IMG/VR virus record: IMGVR_UViG_3300027770_000035
Length of the DNA: 64,000 nt
From: an uncultured virus (IMG/VR IMGVR_UViG_3300027770_000035)
Taxonomy: Duplodnaviria; Heunggongvirae; Uroviricota; Caudoviricetes
Strand: one strand, 5' to 3'
This document shows positions 9,375 to 19,638 of the stretch, in pieces; positions within the stretch are counted from its first letter, which is position 1, and each line of letters begins with the position of its first letter. The notes beneath the pieces were generated by a model. The model was not told the DNA's origin, searched no databases, and saw nothing but the letters and a program-made list of their open reading frames with translations. The position numbers and the translations under genes are program-made.

Positions 9375-10398
9375 TTGGGTCCCCTTGGTCATACGACATA
9401 ACCTTTGAATTCAACGAGTATTTATTCTTGACGAAGTCCTGAAAGGTCACATCAAGTAGAATAGGTTCCCAGAACTCTCGGGTGTTGGTGCCGTCCTCAC
9501 GATACTTCTTGTCTTGTGTGCCACGCACATACCAACCATTACTAGGCTTGGTAACATGACCAGACTCCAGTGCCATGTCAAGTAGACCAGACCACTGAGA
9601 GATACCAAACTCTGAATTGAATTCAATGGCAATCTTAGACTTCTCTTTCACGAATCGAGACTTCTCCACATTGATAATGAAGTTATAACCTACGACCTGA
9701 GTTCCTTCCTTTTCCTGCTGACGACCAATGATATAGATATTGTCTGCCGAATAATAGATACCAGTCCCACCAGAAACAATGTCCTTGGGATACAGCCCGA
9801 TCTCTTTATATGTATGATTGATGACAATGAACGGGATGTCCTTCATCTTGATATGAGGAGTGACAATACGGAACAGAGACTTCATTGCCTTGGCTCTGGA
9901 CATATCGCCCACAGACTTACCCTCGGCAGCATCGTCGGCTTCTTTCTTCGAAGCAAGATTACCCACAGAGTCAACTACAATAATAACCTTGTCAGTTTTG
10001 GTCAAGCCAGATAACTGTTTGACCAGATCTAGTTTGAGTTCTTCAATATCTTTGATAGGAGTATGAACTACCTGAGTATTGATATCAATACCAAAGTTTG
10101 CGAAGTATTGAGCAGGTGCTCCGAATTCAGAATCATAGAACAGAATGATCGAATCCTTATACTTATCCAGATATGCCTTGGCAAGAAGCAGAGCAAAGGA
10201 GGTCTTGAAGTGTTTACTCGGACCAGCAAATATTGTCAGTCCTCCGGTAAATCCTCCATCTAATTTCCCGGACATCGCAACGTTGATTGCAGGAACCTGA
10301 GTGGGAATCTGTACGATGTCCTCAAACATCTTGGACGATCCCAGAGAAGACGTTTCCTTGATAGTGGAATTGCTGATCAATTTTTGTAGTAGGCTCAT
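9361..10398 (-). CDS. uvsX: RecA-like recombinase UvsX
   Basis: AGPSKHFKT, YDSEFG, DSVGNLASKKE, VSGGTG motifs. Confidence 0.95.
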   Translation of the reverse strand: MSLLQKLISNSTIKETSSLGSSKMFEDIVQIPTQVPAINVAMSGKLDGGFTGGLTIFAGPSKHFKTSFALLLAKAYLDKYKDSIILFYDSEFGAPAQYFANFGIDINTQVVHTPIKDIEELKLDLVKQLSGLTKTDKVIIVVDSVGNLASKKEADDAAEGKSVGDMSRAKAMKSLFRIVTPHIKMKDIPFIVINHTYKEIGLYPKDIVSGGTGIYYSADNIYIIGRQQEKEGTQVVGYNFIINVEKSRFVKEKSKIAIEFNSEFGISQWSGLLDMALESGHVTKPSNGWYVRGTQDKKYREDGTNTREFWEPILLDVTFQDFVKNKYSLNSKVMSYDQGDPNEED

Positions 10399-10404
10399 AT
10401 GTAT

Positions 10405-10433
10405 ATTATACCTTATTTTTTAGTCTTAGTCAA
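10405..10433 (-). promoter_or_regulatory. Sigma70-type promoter for uvsX (leaderless)
   Basis: TTGACT-17-TATAAT, then 6 nt, then ATG. Confidence 0.8.
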
Positions 10434-12936
10434 ATAATGAATCAAGACTTACTTTCTTTTCCCAGTTCCAGTTAATCGCATCTAGAATCAATGACAGGGG
10501 ATCGAGGAAGGTCTTCTCGAATTGTTTCGCATAATCCACAGAATCGTGTAAGTTGAACTGCTTGGGTAACACCGAAGAGAATGAAATGATATCCTGATGA
10601 ATAATATTTGGTTCCTTCAGGTACACAAACTTGATCTTCTCACCCTCATGAATCTCCGAGTATTCTCCGGCCAGCTTATGAGTCTTCAGAAGTTTGTTGT
10701 ATAGTAACGACCCTCGGACATGAATGGGAGTTCCCTTCTTGAAGACATTGATTTTGTCTTTATACTTATCAAGACCATTTACTCCACGGGGAAATGCAAT
10801 CTCTTCTGGAGTCATTGTAAAGAAATCTTTCTTGAACTGAGCCACGAACTCAATCAGATCAGACTCCTGCTGGGTCATGATGATCTTCAAAGCCTCCTTG
10901 ATCCGAGACCTACAGGATCCAGGAGTAGAAGATTTGACTGCCTCGATCCCCATGATCTTCAGCTTGGGTTCTGTATATCGAATACCTTCGGAGTCGTGTA
11001 CGTGGAGAATATATCTCTTCTTGGCTGTCCAGATCCCACGGTCAGCAATACTCTCTCGTTTCATATACATCTTGTTCTCATACGCATTCATATATGATGC
11101 AAGTTCGTTATATGATTTATCGATGAAGGGACCGATCTGTTCTTCGCAGATCTTATCGATCATTGTTATGGTTTCTTGTTTAGTCTTACCAGCGAGAAAC
11201 TTATTACAAATAGGATCAAAATCAATATATACTGAGTCTGTATCAACTGCAATGATGTAGTCCTTATCTTGAGTTTTTAGTAGTCGGTTGAGATATTCAT
11301 TCAACTTGCGTTCGATCCAGCGGATACTTAGCTGACCTGACTTTGTGATGGCCTCGGCAATACGCACATCATACCATCGAGCATAGGCATTACCCAGCAT
11401 ACCGTATGCCGAATTGAGACAGATCTTCTTGGCCATCTGAAGGTTCTTATACTTGGAGATCTTGTTGGTGTATTCTTTGAGTTCTGATTCTGTAAGAGAA
11501 TCTCTCTTTAATTCCAACTCTTTCTCTGTGTCGATCTGAAGTTTCTTATATTGTTTACGCTGATCAAACATCCAGCCCATCAGAGCAGGAAGAAATCCCT
11601 GCTTGTCCTTTGAGAACATATGGCCATTCGCAGCCATACTAGACTCAAGAAAACTTAGATCCAGTCTCTTCTCTACCAGTGCATCCACAGTCACCTGCAG
11701 GTGTTCGTCGAGTAATGTCTCGGGTGAGATGTTGTACTGCTGAATCAGCATAGGATATAGAGATGTGAGATCGAAACTGACTACCCAGTTATAGAATCCG
11801 GCATTGGGATCTTTGACAAAGGCACCTTCGATAGAAGTCTTATCAGATTCTTTACGACACGGAATAACAGTCTTGTTCTTCAACAGAGCATTATAGATGA
11901 TAACATCCCACATACGAACCTGAGAGAACACGTCCTCGAAGTTCACCTTGGCATCATAGGCCATTGTGATTGCCAATTCAATCAGCTTCATCTTGTCTTC
12001 GAGCGCAATGATGATATCAATATCCTTGGCATTGTACTCGATGAACAACTCGAAGTTCTCTTTGTATAGTGTATGAAGCGAACCATACTCAGAGTAATCC
12101 AGCTTGCGAGTTCCCAATTCCACATAGGCAATATGGTCCAGCTTGTATGATTCCTGATTGGTATAGGTGAACTTCTTATACAGATCAATGTAATCTAGTA
12201 CAGAGATACCAAAGACATCATAGGTACTCTGAGTCCGACCCATAATCTCTACCTGCTGAGGTTTGAGGATCTTCCAGGGAGATAGCTGGCGTGCTCTTTT
12301 CTCTCCCAGAATATAACTGATTCGATTGGTGATGTATGGGATATCAAAGAACTTGACGTTCCAGCCTGTGATGATGTCCGGATAGTTGGAAGTCCACTCC
12401 TGAAGAAACTTATCTAACAGTTCCTCTTCGGTGGAACATTCAACATAGATACCACCTTCAAGATCCTTATTGTACACACCAAGACCAAATACTTTCTTGT
12501 GCTTTTTATTCGAACACTTCAGAGCAATCGCATTGATGACTTCATTTGCCGTGGCAATATCCGGGAATCCCTTTTCGCATTCGGTTTCGATATCGATATA
12601 TGCAATATTGATATCAGAGAGAGACCACTGAATGTCGTCGGGATAGTTGTGGGCGATGTATTGATACTGGGGCTGAATGTCGCCGTACACCGAGAAGTTA
12701 TCTACATCCTTATTCTCTTGGATGAACTCACGAGTTTCCTTGATATTACCTGCGGTGAATGGTACTACAGGATAACCATCAAGATTCGTCCAACCAGTAA
12801 CTTCAGTCTTAGACTTCGCTGGAACCCACACCAGAGGGTTGAAGTCTGGAATCTCCTCCTTATTGTTCTTACCCGAACGAACAAAGATCTGATTGCCATA
12901 GGATAAGACTGAAGTATACGGTTGGATAGTCACCAT
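10426..12936 (-). CDS. gp43: Family B DNA polymerase gp43
   Basis: DIET exonuclease motif, SFDLTSLYP, KICLNSAYG, DTDS; start ATG 12936 or GTG 12933. Confidence 0.97.
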   Translation of the reverse strand: MVTIQPYTSVLSYGNQIFVRSGKNNKEEIPDFNPLVWVPAKSKTEVTGWTNLDGYPVVPFTAGNIKETREFIQENKDVDNFSVYGDIQPQYQYIAHNYPDDIQWSLSDINIAYIDIETECEKGFPDIATANEVINAIALKCSNKKHKKVFGLGVYNKDLEGGIYVECSTEEELLDKFLQEWTSNYPDIITGWNVKFFDIPYITNRISYILGEKRARQLSPWKILKPQQVEIMGRTQSTYDVFGISVLDYIDLYKKFTYTNQESYKLDHIAYVELGTRKLDYSEYGSLHTLYKENFELFIEYNAKDIDIIIALEDKMKLIELAITMAYDAKVNFEDVFSQVRMWDVIIYNALLKNKTVIPCRKESDKTSIEGAFVKDPNAGFYNWVVSFDLTSLYPMLIQQYNISPETLLDEHLQVTVDALVEKRLDLSFLESSMAANGHMFSKDKQGFLPALMGWMFDQRKQYKKLQIDTEKELELKRDSLTESELKEYTNKISKYKNLQMAKKICLNSAYGMLGNAYARWYDVRIAEAITKSGQLSIRWIERKLNEYLNRLLKTQDKDYIIAVDTDSVYIDFDPICNKFLAGKTKQETITMIDKICEEQIGPFIDKSYNELASYMNAYENKMYMKRESIADRGIWTAKKRYILHVHDSEGIRYTEPKLKIMGIEAVKSSTPGSCRSRIKEALKIIMTQQESDLIEFVAQFKKDFFTMTPEEIAFPRGVNGLDKYKDKINVFKKGTPIHVRGSLLYNKLLKTHKLAGEYSEIHEGEKIKFVYLKEPNIIHQDIISFSSVLPKQFNLHDSVDYAKQFEKTFLDPLSLILDAINWNWEKKVSLDSLFD

Positions 12937-12953
12937 ACTATTATAGCGCACTT

Positions 12954-13709
12954 TCAAGCAGAAAGCAAGTTTTTTTTGAACTCAATAAAATCAGTCACAA
13001 GAACCAATTCACCATCAAGTTTCTCTATGATGAAGGATCCGGTCTCACACATATCTCCGGTATTCATATACAACATTCCAGTAATATACTTCTTCTCTGG
13101 AATATGAATGTGTCCGGCTGATACGCAGTCGAAGTTGTGTCTCTTGGCATATTCCACAACAGCAGTATCAAATGTGTTCAGAATACCAATTCTCTTCTTG
13201 GTCTCAGTCTTGAGATACTTAGACAGAGACCAATACTCCTTGCCGATTAACTTCCGGAATACATTGTAGTAATGATTGATACTGATTAGGAACTCATAGG
13301 CAACTGCACCCAACTTAGCCAACCACACATTAGACTTGATTATGAAGTCAAAGGCATCGCCGTGGATGAAAAGAATCTTACCATGACTAATCGAATCATA
13401 TGAGTACTGATTCACGACATAGATGTTATCCAGATTGAACGGTTCGTATTCTCTCAGGACTTCATCATGATTGCCAATGGTGGATATGATCTTGGTGCCA
13501 TTCCTAGCCTTCTTGAATAGAAGTCTCAGAATGTCATTATGCTTCTTGTTCCAGGATCTAGAGAATCCCAGTTGCCAGAAGTCAATGGTGTCACCATTGA
13601 GAATGATAGTATCTGTCTTGAAGAACTTCAATACTTCGAGTATCAGATCCGCATTACAGGCCTTGGTTCCCAGATGCAGATCTGACATCCAAAGAGATTG
13701 GACTTTCAT
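12954..13709 (-). CDS. Metallophosphoesterase, LpxH-like
   Basis: SDLHLG, GDTID, GNHD, HGD, GHIH, NTGD motifs. Confidence 0.85.
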   Translation of the reverse strand: MKVQSLWMSDLHLGTKACNADLILEVLKFFKTDTIILNGDTIDFWQLGFSRSWNKKHNDILRLLFKKARNGTKIISTIGNHDEVLREYEPFNLDNIYVVNQYSYDSISHGKILFIHGDAFDFIIKSNVWLAKLGAVAYEFLISINHYYNVFRKLIGKEYWSLSKYLKTETKKRIGILNTFDTAVVEYAKRHNFDCVSAGHIHIPEKKYITGMLYMNTGDMCETGSFIIEKLDGELVLVTDFIEFKKNLLSA

Positions 13710-13710
13710 A

Positions 13711-14148
13711 TTAGCTGAGGAAGAGTTTCTTTTCTTCTGCTCGGCGTTTGATTAACCCAGGAAGCACTTTGCCTCCAGCCATATTCCACTTAGCAAACTC
13801 TTCGGCTGCTCCGGTATAATCTTTTGTATTCAGTTTCTTGAGCAGAGTAGACTTGGAGAAAGCGCCTGATCCAATATTATACACTAAGTCACACAGAGCA
13901 TCAAATTGATTCTGGGTGAGTGGAACCTTCACAATTTTATTGACTAAGTCTACCACAGGTGTCAGTCTAGATAGAAGAAGACTTACTGCCTCGACTTCGG
14001 AGATCGTCCGTCCTTCATACTTCTGAGCCTCTGCTACACTAAGATTACATCCATAGCCGATCATCGGATTACCCACATCATCGGTAATCTTGGGCGAGAA
14101 TCCCTCGTTCTTCTTGATCATCTGAATTAGGTTTTCGGTTGGTTTCAT
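13711..14148 (-). CDS. GH24 lysozyme/endolysin
   Basis: EGF...D....IGYG, LTQNQFDAL, YNIG, GL.KRR..E. Confidence 0.9.
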   Translation of the reverse strand: MKPTENLIQMIKKNEGFSPKITDDVGNPMIGYGCNLSVAEAQKYEGRTISEVEAVSLLLSRLTPVVDLVNKIVKVPLTQNQFDALCDLVYNIGSGAFSKSTLLKKLNTKDYTGAAEEFAKWNMAGGKVLPGLIKRRAEEKKLFLS

Positions 14149-14242
14149 ATGGTTATTTATTGGTCCATATCATCATCAAGATATGAGGAAAGATACAACA
14201 ACACCAATACCATTAGTGTGATTGATATCGAGAGTTCCATAA

Positions 14243-14854
14243 TTAGGTCCACAAAGAGCGGCGAATCTTCATAAGTCGAATCAACATTGCTTCATCTTCC
14301 TTATCATATCGAGCCTCTATATCAGAATGCAATTTTAATGCTTTTCTTACCTCTTTGGTGATCTTTCCAACGAAAGGAGATTCGTTACCTCGGGAAGCCA
14401 TCAAGGCGTCCCATCCACTGAGTTCAGCAGGATCGGTTCTGTGGGGTCGAGTAATGGTCCACCAAAGATACAACTCTCTTTGTTCAAGAGCAGCATTTCT
14501 CTGAGCGAGGCAAGGATCTTCCCTTTCATCCATATTACATTCCCAATGCAGATAGTCGAGTCCATCCGTTATAGAACGGAACTTTCTGAACTTTCTCTGC
14601 CACCAAGGAAATGGATGAGTAGTTTGGTGACAGATATGATTCATCCAGGCCTTCTCGCCTTCGATAAAGTCTACCAGCATAGTGAAGTTGGTGTGAAGCA
14701 TCGTCTCCACAGTGTCACTGTAACCTACAGGCAGACCTGTTCGAACTACGTGATACTTATCATAAGTACGGTGAGCGATCCAGTACTTAACATTAATGAA
14801 TGCTATCTTAATATCAAAGATGCAGTCTTCTAGGAATTCTTGTAGTTTAGTCAT
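14243..14854 (-). CDS. Hypothetical protein
   Basis: 203-aa ORF with own TTGACT-17-TATAAT promoter at 14861-14889. Confidence 0.7.
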   Translation of the reverse strand: MTKLQEFLEDCIFDIKIAFINVKYWIAHRTYDKYHVVRTGLPVGYSDTVETMLHTNFTMLVDFIEGEKAWMNHICHQTTHPFPWWQRKFRKFRSITDGLDYLHWECNMDEREDPCLAQRNAALEQRELYLWWTITRPHRTDPAELSGWDALMASRGNESPFVGKITKEVRKALKLHSDIEARYDKEDEAMLIRLMKIRRSLWT

Positions 14855-14905
14855 AATATTATTATACCTTATTTGGTGGAGAAAGTCAACTGTTATTTAT
14901 ACAAT

Positions 14906-14935
14906 AAAAAAAGGAGCCAGATTGCTCTGGCTCCC
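14906..14935 (-). terminator. Intrinsic terminator
   Basis: GGAGCCAGA/TCTGGCTCC stem followed by T-run on the minus strand. Confidence 0.8.
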
Positions 14936-14958
14936 AAGTGTTACTCCCAGATGTCTAA

Positions 14959-17070
14959 TTAGACATTCGGGAACTGAACGTTCTCGGCATCACCAGAAAT
15001 GCTAGGATGAGCGACCAGAGTCTCATACATCTTACGACCGAAGCGACCACCCATTACTACTGTGCCAGTTTGAGCAAAGCCAGTAGAACCAGTGCCAGCC
15101 GGAGCAGACAGAGTTACCAGAGGAGGATTTACTGAGTACTTACCAGGATAGGTGATGGTGATTGAAGCCACAGCCATACCAGTAGCACCAGTAGAACCAA
15201 GAACAGCGACGCCAGATGCACCACCAGTAATGTTAGTGATGAATGCACCAGTAGCATGGGAAGCAATGGTTGAACTTAGTGCGCCACGAGTCACAGTAAC
15301 ATACTGCTGATTCCCACCAGTACCAGAAGACACCAGAGCAACCATCTTTTCTGTATCTACCTGGATAGTATCACCAGCAAAAATATTATTAGATGTGGTG
15401 ACAGGGAATGTGGTCAGAGCACCAGTCGCAGCAATACCAGCTTTCAGCTGAGATATGGCAGCATTGTTCGGACCAGTGGTACCGAAGTATACTGTGGGAA
15501 CTCCGTTGTAACGAGTACCAGTCGCACCAAAAGTTATAGAGTCAACATTACCAGCACCATCCTTCTGAAGTACCCAACCAGCGTGAGCAGCGTGCCGAGT
15601 ATAACCAGTGGATGCTGAACTATAACTTCTGCCACCAGTCAGGGTGAGATCAGTCACATTAGCATTAACACCAGTCGCAGCAGCAGTAGTGCTATTCTGC
15701 GCTCGGGTAACAAGTAGACCAGTGGAACCGATGAAGCCAGTCGCACCAACCAGAACCTGTTCCGCAGCACCAATGAGAAGAGTATCACCAGCAGAAATAC
15801 CCACAGTAGAAGTTAGACCAATCTGAGTCTGACCACTGGTAATGGTACCATTGAGACTATATGAACTGGCAGTAACACCAGCAATATAGGCAGGAGATCC
15901 CACACCAGTTGCACCAGTTCTACCCAGCTGCTGTTCGACGACAGACACACCATATACGTGTGCTCTGTTGCGTTGACTGCCAGCAATTTGGCTGTGTGAA
16001 CCTGCAGTGGCAGAAACAGCGGTATCATATACAGCATTCAAATACACAGGTTTCTGTTGAAGGTATGCAGTCAAGGAACCTGTTGCACCAATGCCAGCAG
16101 AACCAGCACCAGTAGCACCAAGGAATCCAGCAGTACCATGGATAATACTAGTGACTAGGATTGAAGAAACTTCTCGGACAGTCGCACCAGCACCAGTTGC
16201 ACCACCAGCAGTGAACAGAGCACGATTGACTGTCAGACCAGTGGACCCATTGATTGCAGTAACGAATACCTTTTCACCAGAAACACCACCAGTAGCACCG
16301 ATAATGAGTACGTCATTAACATTGATACCAGTAGTACTGGCCACACCAATCTGAAGACCATTGGCATTCACACCAGTCGCAGCAATATTGGCATTAAGAG
16401 TTGTGGTCTGGAAAGGAGCACCTGTTACGTTCTGAACAATATATTCGTAACCAGCACCTGTGGCACCGAGTACTACTGAGGTTCCATTATAAACGAGCAC
16501 TGAGTTACCTGTTACATTGTTGTAATCAACATTCACAACTGTAAGAGCAACGTTGATACCAGTGGCCGCAGGAGTTGTACTGGCAAGACCACGAGTGACG
16601 TTAAGAGTAAGATCCTGTACAGTGGCATTAACACCAGTCGCAGCAGCCACAGAACTATTATACGCACGACTCACAACAAGTCCGGTCGAACCGATGAAGC
16701 CAGTAGCACCAGAAATTTGCAGTTGTTCAGTACCAATCAAAAGAATATCGCTCTTGGCCATACCTGCGTTGGTGGTAACACCAATGGTAGTCTGGCTATT
16801 GGTAATAGTACCATTAAGAGTTGTGGCTGTTACAGGTGCAGCATTGACTCCAATTACTTCTGAACCATTGATTAGCACAGTACCAAGAAAAGCCTTGGCT
16901 ACCGAAGCTAATGACAGAGGACCTGTGGCACCTGCGGAAGCAGCCGGAAGGGCCACCACAATTGTTTCCAGGTCTTGGTTGTGAGCTACTACGTTTCCAG
17001 CAGCATTAATGTCAAATGTGACACCTCTGTTGCTAAGATCGGATACATCGAGATTTCCCCATGCGGGCAT
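14959..17070 (-). CDS. Virion structural protein with repeated beta domains and GATG motifs
   Basis: TATAAATA at 17116-17123, AGGAG SD; MPAWG start, HAGWV and GR..YETLVA motifs; repeated ~75-aa module. Confidence 0.7.
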   Translation of the reverse strand: MPAWGNLDVSDLSNRGVTFDINAAGNVVAHNQDLETIVVALPAASAGATGPLSLASVAKAFLGTVLINGSEVIGVNAAPVTATTLNGTITNSQTTIGVTTNAGMAKSDILLIGTEQLQISGATGFIGSTGLVVSRAYNSSVAAATGVNATVQDLTLNVTRGLASTTPAATGINVALTVVNVDYNNVTGNSVLVYNGTSVVLGATGAGYEYIVQNVTGAPFQTTTLNANIAATGVNANGLQIGVASTTGINVNDVLIIGATGGVSGEKVFVTAINGSTGLTVNRALFTAGGATGAGATVREVSSILVTSIIHGTAGFLGATGAGSAGIGATGSLTAYLQQKPVYLNAVYDTAVSATAGSHSQIAGSQRNRAHVYGVSVVEQQLGRTGATGVGSPAYIAGVTASSYSLNGTITSGQTQIGLTSTVGISAGDTLLIGAAEQVLVGATGFIGSTGLLVTRAQNSTTAAATGVNANVTDLTLTGGRSYSSASTGYTRHAAHAGWVLQKDGAGNVDSITFGATGTRYNGVPTVYFGTTGPNNAAISQLKAGIAATGALTTFPVTTSNNIFAGDTIQVDTEKMVALVSSGTGGNQQYVTVTRGALSSTIASHATGAFITNITGGASGVAVLGSTGATGMAVASITITYPGKYSVNPPLVTLSAPAGTGSTGFAQTGTVVMGGRFGRKMYETLVAHPSISGDAENVQFPNV

Positions 17071-17134
17071 AATTTGTTTCTCCTATAGGTTTATTTGTTT
17101 GTTGCTAGTACAATATATTTATATAAACCAGAAA

Positions 17135-17533
17135 TTAGAGAAGATCGTCCATCCAGTCAATTGCAGTAACATTATACGAACTCAGACATAAGGCACAATC
17201 TTCTCGAATGGTAGGAGGAATCAAGTCCTTTGGAACTGATTCAACACCCACCTTCCATGCATCTTTCTCGGTATGTTTGTCTCGATTGAGATCTCTCCAG
17301 TTTACTACATGGCCATATTCGTGAATCAGCAGAGAAGAGAGCATATTGTAATTGCTCTCTTTAGAGTCCTTATACAGTATTATATAGGAATCTGCTCCAG
17401 CCGTACCATTGATGATACGATCTTGCTTTGGTGTCTTGGCCTGTTCGTAGTATGAGGTATCCACTTCAACATCGACATCATCGTCCAGGATGAACTGTTT
17501 CAATTTGGTAAATCGTTGGATATCAGTCATCAC
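17135..17533 (-). CDS. Putative HEXXH zinc metallopeptidase
   Basis: LIHEYGHV followed by TEKDAW. Confidence 0.55.
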   Translation of the reverse strand: MMTDIQRFTKLKQFILDDDVDVEVDTSYYEQAKTPKQDRIINGTAGADSYIILYKDSKESNYNMLSSLLIHEYGHVVNWRDLNRDKHTEKDAWKVGVESVPKDLIPPTIREDCALCLSSYNVTAIDWMDDLL

Positions 17534-18030
17534 TTGCCTGTGCTCCCGAACCCACCAGTACGATTACCTTTGATAGCAGGTTTGTCTAATGTTTCGTTTA
17601 GACAGTATTGTAGATTAGCAACCAGTTCTGCCTGAGCAATTCGATCTCCATTGGCGAGATACACAACACTTTTCGAGGTATTATGTACGAGCATAAACAA
17701 GGGATCCACATAATCAGAATCAATGACTCCCTCTGCATTAGCCAGTGTTACACCATTCTTCCCTGCCATCGAGGATCGAATATGAAGTCGAACAGAATAT
17801 CCTTCGGGAATATCAAGAATCAATCCAGTAGGAATCATTGCTCGTTCTCCGGGAAGAACTGCAATAGTTCCTGTACTGAGGATATTATACTTCACATTGT
17901 GTGCAGTATACATCGTAACAGATGTGCCAGGCATATATGCCTGAAGATCAAAACAGGCTGCACCAAAGGTTGCCCAAGTAGGAGATGCAACATCTTCGGC
18001 CAGCTTATAGAATTTAAGATCGGGAATCAT
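17530..18030 (-). CDS. dut: Trimeric dUTPase
   Basis: ACFDL, RSS, GVIDSDY, RIAQ, RTGGFGSTG. Confidence 0.95.
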   Translation of the reverse strand: MIPDLKFYKLAEDVASPTWATFGAACFDLQAYMPGTSVTMYTAHNVKYNILSTGTIAVLPGERAMIPTGLILDIPEGYSVRLHIRSSMAGKNGVTLANAEGVIDSDYVDPLFMLVHNTSKSVVYLANGDRIAQAELVANLQYCLNETLDKPAIKGNRTGGFGSTGK

Positions 18031-18087
18031 TTCGGAACCTCATAATAATAACGTTAAGGGGAGTCTCCTCCCCTATACTATTATATC

Positions 18088-18273
18088 TTATTTCTCCTTC
18101 GAAGTCAAATTACCCTTCAAAATTCCGATCAATGCTCCTAGAGCGAAGATGAATTGATCGTGAAGATCAGGAATTCCCATCTTAAGAAATACACCAACAG
18201 TCACAATGATGACAAACAGAATCAATATGTTGCCACCGTCAGAAGCAATCCCATCCAGGAAACTCTTCCACAT
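18088..18273 (-). CDS. Small two-TM membrane protein, holin-like
   Basis: 61 aa from MWKSF; two hydrophobic segments and charged tail. Confidence 0.45.
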   Translation of the reverse strand: MWKSFLDGIASDGGNILILFVIIVTVGVFLKMGIPDLHDQFIFALGALIGILKGNLTSKEK

Positions 18274-18274
18274 A

Positions 18275-18658
18275 TTATACAGTTTCTTTGAACTTGGCCA
18301 CGGCCAATTCCAGAGCCGTGTTAAGGATATATGCAGGAACAGCGCCACCAGTATTAGTGGACTTGATATATGCATCAGTATTCTTTAGAGCAGTAACTGC
18401 CAGAGTCTTCAATTGGTGAGAAGTATCCTGACCAGGAACGAATAGATTCCTTAATCCAAACTTGGTGTAGGCAGCAAGAATCTGATCGTCGGTTTTAGTC
18501 GGAGTCAACTCAGCAATCTTCACTACGATTGGATAGATCTGATTGACAATCGGAGCGGCCTTGCTGATGGCAGACGAGAGAATCTCGATATCACGATCTA
18601 GGTTTCCCAATTTCTTGAAGATCGATTTTACGGAACTAAACAGTTTTGTGATGTTCAT
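18275..18658 (-). CDS. Hypothetical protein
   Basis: 127-aa ORF with AAGGA SD. Confidence 0.6.
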   Translation of the reverse strand: MNITKLFSSVKSIFKKLGNLDRDIEILSSAISKAAPIVNQIYPIVVKIAELTPTKTDDQILAAYTKFGLRNLFVPGQDTSHQLKTLAVTALKNTDAYIKSTNTGGAVPAYILNTALELAVAKFKETV

Positions 18659-18675
18659 ATAGTATGTCCTTTATA

Positions 18676-19365
18676 TTATTTGGCAGCATTCAGATAGAGC
18701 ATACCACCACTGATGCCATATGACAGAATCTTATCATACCAATGGGGTTTGGTAATCTTCTGAATGTGGTCGGCAGTCTGTTGTATACTCAAGGCTATCG
18801 GAGGGAATGTCCCAGCCACAGTAGCCGAGACCGTGTTGACATTGCCCATCAATGTCGGGATATTCGAGTCAATCAATCGAAAAGTCTTGGACCCATCTCG
18901 CACAACATTACGTGAATCAATGAGAAGATCTGTGGTCATATTCTGCCAGCAGAGTTCATTGATGACACAGTCAGTCTGAGTTCCAAACTTGGTGGTTAGT
19001 TGATTGTTGATTTTCTCAGGAAGCTTCGCATATACATCGACAATGGTATCCAGCTTATTTAGATGACCATTCACATCTGCGATGGCCACGGTCAAGTGAT
19101 TATCAATCCGAGATGCATTGATATCAACTCTGGTAAGTATGTCTCTTTGTACGGAACCAATACGATAATTTAGTTTATTGGTGGTGTCGCCCAGCAAGGC
19201 AAAGGTGTCTTTGCGAAGATCAGTAATTTGTTGAAGGGATTGTCGCTGAGTGTCCGCAATAATAGTCTTGGAGAACCGAGTCATATCCACGACTTCGTAG
19301 CTGAGTACACAGAAGAATACTATTACTGAGAGAGCTTTGAGAGTGTCTAAGATCTTAGAATACAT
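18676..19365 (-). CDS. Membrane-anchored helical protein
   Basis: N-terminal TM (ALSVIVFFCVLS), long helical body. Confidence 0.55.
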   Translation of the reverse strand: MYSKILDTLKALSVIVFFCVLSYEVVDMTRFSKTIIADTQRQSLQQITDLRKDTFALLGDTTNKLNYRIGSVQRDILTRVDINASRIDNHLTVAIADVNGHLNKLDTIVDVYAKLPEKINNQLTTKFGTQTDCVINELCWQNMTTDLLIDSRNVVRDGSKTFRLIDSNIPTLMGNVNTVSATVAGTFPPIALSIQQTADHIQKITKPHWYDKILSYGISGGMLYLNAAK

Positions 19366-19631
19366 ATCAGTGCGTCCTTTTGATTCCACATGTATTTATC
19401 TGTCAGAGCACCATCCTGAAAGACGAATACAATTGGGGACACTCTGATATTAGTATCCGCTGCCAGATCTCGTTGCTTGTCGATGTCTACTCTGAAGATC
19501 GGTAGATCAGGAAAGGTGGTGGTTAATTCAGTAAAATACTTATTACCTAATACAGATTGGGAAGAAGAGAACAGTACGACTGTCCTCCCCTTCCCTGTTT
19601 GTTCGGCGAATGTTTCTTTGGTCAGATACAT
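19347..19631 (-). CDS. Thioredoxin-fold protein lacking CxxC
   Basis: LTKETF, VVLF, RVDID..RDLA..NIR.SP..VFQDG pattern. Confidence 0.65.
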   Translation of the reverse strand: MYLTKETFAEQTGKGRTVVLFSSSQSVLGNKYFTELTTTFPDLPIFRVDIDKQRDLAADTNIRVSPIVFVFQDGALTDKYMWNQKDALICILRS

Positions 19632-19638
19632 TTATGCA

